Shown here: positions 59,914 through 64,000 of the stretch, piece by piece
Position numbering within the stretch: position 1 is the first letter of the stretch
Layout of the letters: each line of letters starts with the position of its first letter
Assembly: GCA_963662285.2 (NCBI GenBank)
Contig: CAXXMV010000006.1
Location: 512,001 to 576,000 of the forward strand
Reading direction: 5' to 3'
Source of the DNA: a bacterium
GTDB taxonomy: Bacteria > Hinthialibacterota > Hinthialibacteria > Hinthialibacterales > Hinthialibacteraceae
DNA length: 64,000 bases
Position numbers and translations under genes: made by a program
Notes under the pieces: generated by a model
What the model saw: the letters and a program-made list of their open reading frames with translations, nothing else
Databases searched by the model: none
Told to the model about the DNA's origin: nothing

Positions 59914-61738
59914 GATTTATTATAAATCCCGGTTGAGTATATGTTCTATTTTAACTCGAAATATACATCTGAAGAGAGTCTTATCGTTCAAATTACTTTT
60001 GGTACTATTTAATATTATATTTAATCTTCCTGTAGATGCGGCCTCGAGCGGCATGGTGTTTCTGATCCAGAATAAATGGGGCGGGATACATGGCGTGGCG
60101 TTGGATAGGAACCTCTCTCCTTCAGAACCTGCTGTGGTTCGTCCCAACATATTTGAAGAACAATACTCTTTGATCATAGGTTTGGAAGCGTTTTCGTTCG
60201 GCGGTTATCAACTGACCGCAATGGGTAAAGTGTTTCCGATTGGCGAGGCCAGCATGCCGTTCGCCGCTTTTTCTCCTATAGGCAACGCAACCAGTTTCGT
60301 GATGATGCCGGAAGGCAAGGGGGGGTGGATCGCCTCAAGGACGACGATCAAAACAATTGGACGTCCACCCAGGCTGGCTTTTCCATCTTTTGAATCCCAT
60401 GGATTGATTATGGATTTGGAATATGACTCACAGCAGCAGCGTTTAGCTGTTTTATGTGAAGATGGCGCCATAGCTGTTTGCGGGATATCGAAATTTACCT
60501 GGATGGATGCGCTGGAGTTGAAGGATGATAAACCTATAGATATAGAATTTACGCCCAAGGGATTTTTGGTTTTGACCGAGTTGGGAAGAGTATATTTTGT
60601 TATTTCTGAGTTCATGCAGCAAATTCCCGATCTTCCCCAATTGGGCAAGGGATTGGCGTGCGATCTTGAAATATCGCCTTTAGGCAGTGGGTTTTATATC
60701 CTGGATATATTCGGCGTGATTCATGCTTGCGACGGGGCGCCCCCGGTTCCCACTGAACCATTAACCAAGGACGCCGCAGTAGATTTAGAGATATTATTAG
60801 AAGATCAATTGCCGCAATGGGATCCGCCCGGTATGCATACAAGGGTGGGTTGGAATGACGAACTGGTTCTACTTGATCCTCAGGGGCCGCCCAAACAAGT
60901 CTCGATAACTGTTGAAAAAGCGGAACATATGACTGGCTTCATGACGCAGATCAGTTATGATCCCACAAAATTGATGCTGGAACCTCATAATGTCCGGGTT
61001 GGTTCATGGTGGGATAAGGGAGTCCGGGAGGCGAGGATAAAACCTACGGCTGATCATGAGAATGGGCAGTTGATTTTACAGGGTAGTGGAGTCTCGTTTC
61101 CTTTTGAAGGAGCAACCGGAGGAGGGGAACTGGCCCGTTTGGCGATTTCTCCAGTTCCGGGAGTAACAGATATCATTTCGGCGGTAGAGATTGAGAATTT
61201 CTATTTCTGGGATTCTTATCAGGTCAACAATGATCATAGCGGTACAGTTATTAATTCATGTACGGTGCATATTGCTCCAATTCAACCACGGCTCGATTTT
61301 TTATGGGAGAAGGATGGTCAATGGCTGGATGAAACATCCAGGGAGGTTCTTCCCGGTGATATTGTCCGGGCTGATATCGTGGTGGAAAACGGCAGCCGCA
61401 TCAGATCTTTCGAATTTGGTTTTAGTTTTCCAAACGAATTTCTACGTTTTCTGGGAATGACTCAAGGTTCAGTGTGGCGGGATGATATTTCGTTGATCCC
61501 GTATTTTGATTTTCCAAGTAAGGCAAATGAAAACAGTGGCTTAAGAGGTCAATTGCTTAAAGCTCAACTTCCGGGCGCCTGTCAAGACCAAAAGGGAGCG
61601 ATTGCATCCCTATTTTTTGCGGTAAGTTCGCCTGGAAAAGGGAAAATACAAGTAAATTCAATTCAAGGTATTGACGATAATGGAGATGTTCTCACAATAT
61701 CATCAAAAAACACATTTCTTTCGATATTTTGTGATTAG
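59900..61738 (+). CDS. secreted protein: propeller-type repeats + two cohesin-like domains (start uncertain)
   Basis: GFYILDIFGVIH-type repeats; GFMTQISYDPTKL...GGGELARL and SFEFGFSFPNEFL...GAIASLFF. Confidence 0.7.
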   Translation: MIFFMIYYKSRLSICSILTRNIHLKRVLSFKLLLVLFNIIFNLPVDAASSGMVFLIQNKWGGIHGVALDRNLSPSEPAVVRPNIFEEQYSLIIGLEAFSFGGYQLTAMGKVFPIGEASMPFAAFSPIGNATSFVMMPEGKGGWIASRTTIKTIGRPPRLAFPSFESHGLIMDLEYDSQQQRLAVLCEDGAIAVCGISKFTWMDALELKDDKPIDIEFTPKGFLVLTELGRVYFVISEFMQQIPDLPQLGKGLACDLEISPLGSGFYILDIFGVIHACDGAPPVPTEPLTKDAAVDLEILLEDQLPQWDPPGMHTRVGWNDELVLLDPQGPPKQVSITVEKAEHMTGFMTQISYDPTKLMLEPHNVRVGSWWDKGVREARIKPTADHENGQLILQGSGVSFPFEGATGGGELARLAISPVPGVTDIISAVEIENFYFWDSYQVNNDHSGTVINSCTVHIAPIQPRLDFLWEKDGQWLDETSREVLPGDIVRADIVVENGSRIRSFEFGFSFPNEFLRFLGMTQGSVWRDDISLIPYFDFPSKANENSGLRGQLLKAQLPGACQDQKGAIASLFFAVSSPGKGKIQVNSIQGIDDNGDVLTISSKNTFLSIFCD

Positions 61739-61847
61739 AGCGATTATCAAAATTATGTTCGTTTATTATCACTTTTGGTCTTTGAAAAAGCCAATTTTTT
61801 CTGGCTTTTTCGAATCGCCAACCAGAACGTTATTATGAAAACTACTC
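61738..61847. mobile_element. 110-bp MITE, copy 2
   Basis: Same length and ends as copy 1, TA-flanked; overlaps the stop codon of 59900..61738. Confidence 0.8.
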
Positions 61848-62125
61848 TAATGATATTATAGAGATAAATTATTATAATTGGGCGAAATCAATGTAACTTG
61901 TTGAATATTTATGCTTTAACCATATAGAATGAATGATGCATAGATGCATTCTAGATTATCGATAATTTATATTGGCGTTTACTGAATTTTGATAAGTTAT
62001 AGAATATTAAAGGAAGTTGTCAAAAGTTGTAATTTTTGTGTTGTTTTAGCTTGAAAATGATATTGTATTAGTGGATCATGTTAAACGTATAAGATCGAAA
62101 TTCTTTAGAAACGAAGAATAGAATA

Positions 62126-62848
62126 ATGCCAACTGAAATTTCAACCATGTCGAAGACAGTGCTCACGGAAGATCAACCTAGATATAAAATTGATAGTGAT
62201 ACTTCTGAAAAAGAGATAAAGATTCTTTCTGAAGAGCAGGAAAGAGTGATTAACAAACTGCTAAAAGCCGCTGGTCATATCCTTAATGATGAAGAACGCG
62301 ATTTAATCCATAAACTGCAAGAGAAATTAAATCGGGAAACTGAACGGGTTAATTCACTCAAAAAAGTTAAAATAACCGATAAACCGCTTGATGAATATTT
62401 GTCTGATTATAACAAAACCAAGGGCAGTGGGATTGCCGACAAGGGCGAAACTGGCTTGGATGGCGAGATTGCTCCAGTAAAAGAGAAAAAAGTTACTCAT
62501 ATCGTTGGTTTTAAACCTGAAGAAGTAGTGCGTAGATATATTGAATGCTGGAATCAGCAGAAATTCGGCGCTGAATTTGATTGCTTCAGCCGTGATTTTC
62601 TTACCCATGACAGAAGCGCTTATATTAACGCCCGTCACCTATCATTTCAGCAGCAAATGAACAATGGCGGGATGAGGATTGATTTCGGAGAAATTATTTC
62701 CAATGAAACAAAAGCGGGTCAGGCTGAAGTGATTGCCAGTAAAACAATAACTCAAGGCAATCGAAAACCACAGGAAGAGACTGACCGCTACCAGCTTAAA
62801 CTCGAAAAAAGCCATTGGTTGATTGTTGGAGTTCAACCTTATTCCTGA
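62126..62848 (+). CDS. hypothetical protein, coiled coil + NTF2-like C-terminus
   Basis: PEEVVRRYIECW...YQLKLEKSHWLI. Confidence 0.7.
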   Translation: MPTEISTMSKTVLTEDQPRYKIDSDTSEKEIKILSEEQERVINKLLKAAGHILNDEERDLIHKLQEKLNRETERVNSLKKVKITDKPLDEYLSDYNKTKGSGIADKGETGLDGEIAPVKEKKVTHIVGFKPEEVVRRYIECWNQQKFGAEFDCFSRDFLTHDRSAYINARHLSFQQQMNNGGMRIDFGEIISNETKAGQAEVIASKTITQGNRKPQEETDRYQLKLEKSHWLIVGVQPYS

Positions 62849-62876
62849 GATTATTGCTACAACTTATTACGTAAAT

Positions 62877-62922
62877 AAAAATCGTTTTGGCGAATCTTTC
62901 ATGTATCGTCAAAACGATTTTT
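62877..62922. terminator. long stem-loop, possibly a bidirectional terminator
   Basis: AAAAATCGTTTTG...CAAAACGATTTTT. Confidence 0.65.
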
Positions 62923-63014
62923 CTTTGTCTGCTCTTTTCGGTGAATTATCGCAGAGTAATATATTAGAACGTTTATCTGTTCATTACTAATAAAATTAGG
63001 ATTAGGATTAAATA

Positions 63015-64000
63015 ATGGCTTATCAAAACCTTAGAGACTTTATTCATAGACTTAAACAAGAGAATGAACTGATTGAAATCAATCAGTCGGTATCTCCCCG
63101 TCTGGAGATGACCGAAATTACCGACCGGGTGTCGAAAGCGCAGGGTCCGGCTTTGTTATTCAATAATCCCGAAGGTTTTGATATGCCGGTTTTGATAAAT
63201 GCCTATGGCAGCGAGAAGCGTATGGCTATGGCGTTAGGCGTTGATCATGTAGATGATATAGCCGATAGGATTCGCGCTTTGATCCAACAGAAGCCGCCGG
63301 GAACCTGGCGCGAGAAGATATCAGCGCTGTTTGAACTGAAAGAAATTACCAGTTATTTCCCGAAACAGGTCAATTCGGGGCGTTGTAAGGAAGTGATACT
63401 TAAAGGTGACGATGCATCTTTGGATCGTATCCCTGTAATGACATGCTGGCCCAAGGATGGCGGCCCGTTCCTCACCCTGCCGCAAATATTCACCCGCGAT
63501 CCGGTTAATGGCATCAGGAATGTCGGCTTGTACCGTATGCAGGTGTTTGACGGTCAGACGACCGGGATGCATTGGCAGATTCATAAAGTCGGCGCCTCGC
63601 ATTTTCGCGAACATTCCAAGACGGGAACCCGGATGGAGGCGGCGGTGGCTTTAGGCGGCGACCCGGCTTTGTTGTACGCCGCATCCGCGCCGTTGCCGCC
63701 CAATATCGATGAACTGCTGTTTTGCGGTTTTCTGCGTCAGGCGCCGGTTGAACTGGTTAAATGCGAGACGGTGGACGTCGACGTCCCGGCGGATGCGGAG
63801 ATCATCATTGAGGGATATCTCGATCCATCAGAGAAGCGCATGGAAGGACCGTTTGGAGATCATACCGGATACTATTCTTTGGCTGACCAGTATCCGGTTT
63901 TTCATGTAACATGCATCACGATGGCCAAAGACCCGGTTTATCCTTCTACTATCGTCGGCATCCCCCCGCAAGAAGACGCCTTTCTGGGTAAAGCGACCGA
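63015..64000 (+). CDS. UbiD-family decarboxylase (menaquinone-biosynthesis type), runs off the right edge
   Basis: Manual translation MAYQNLRDFI..., WPKDGGPFLTL, NVGLYRMQ, MHWQIHK, EGPFGDHTGYY. Confidence 0.93.
   Translation, partial: MAYQNLRDFIHRLKQENELIEINQSVSPRLEMTEITDRVSKAQGPALLFNNPEGFDMPVLINAYGSEKRMAMALGVDHVDDIADRIRALIQQKPPGTWREKISALFELKEITSYFPKQVNSGRCKEVILKGDDASLDRIPVMTCWPKDGGPFLTLPQIFTRDPVNGIRNVGLYRMQVFDGQTTGMHWQIHKVGASHFREHSKTGTRMEAAVALGGDPALLYAASAPLPPNIDELLFCGFLRQAPVELVKCETVDVDVPADAEIIIEGYLDPSEKRMEGPFGDHTGYYSLADQYPVFHVTCITMAKDPVYPSTIVGIPPQEDAFLGKAT

Noticed and set aside
63321-63909. Short ORFs at the right end
   Set aside because: Shadows of the incomplete UbiD-family gene starting at 63015

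Overview
Bacterial chromosomal region of moderate GC with several AT-rich inserts. The many orphan type-IV-pilin/pseudopilin-like genes, Tat-exported sugar enzymes and cohesin/FG-GAP surface proteins resemble Ca. Hinthialibacterota (OLB16)/Sumerlaeota-type genomes; this is inference only. Housekeeping and metabolic genes include pyrD, hisF, an RmlA-like nucleotidyltransferase, an M16 peptidase, eda, kdgK, nagA, a DHH/nrnA-like gene and a partial ubiD-family gene. There is a Maf/CgeB-type glycosyltransferase and sulfotransferase cluster, plus many secreted carbohydrate enzymes. Mobile and repeat content is heavy: two near-identical inverted 2329-bp IS copies (12-bp TIR, 5-bp AANTT target duplication, A9G frameshift, stop codon completed by the target), two 110-bp MITEs, at least three families of extragenic palindromes (including GTAG-footed REPs/REPINs), and a tandem pair of diverged versions of the same DUF1080-pilin-[variable cargo]-nrnA locus joined at a REP. 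The best candidates for undescribed biology are a shared extreme C-terminal [S/T]xVxxWx(x)Y motif on unrelated secreted proteins (possible sorting signal), REP-centred rearrangement scars, and the IS stop-codon/target coupling. No rRNA, tRNA or CRISPR array was recognised.
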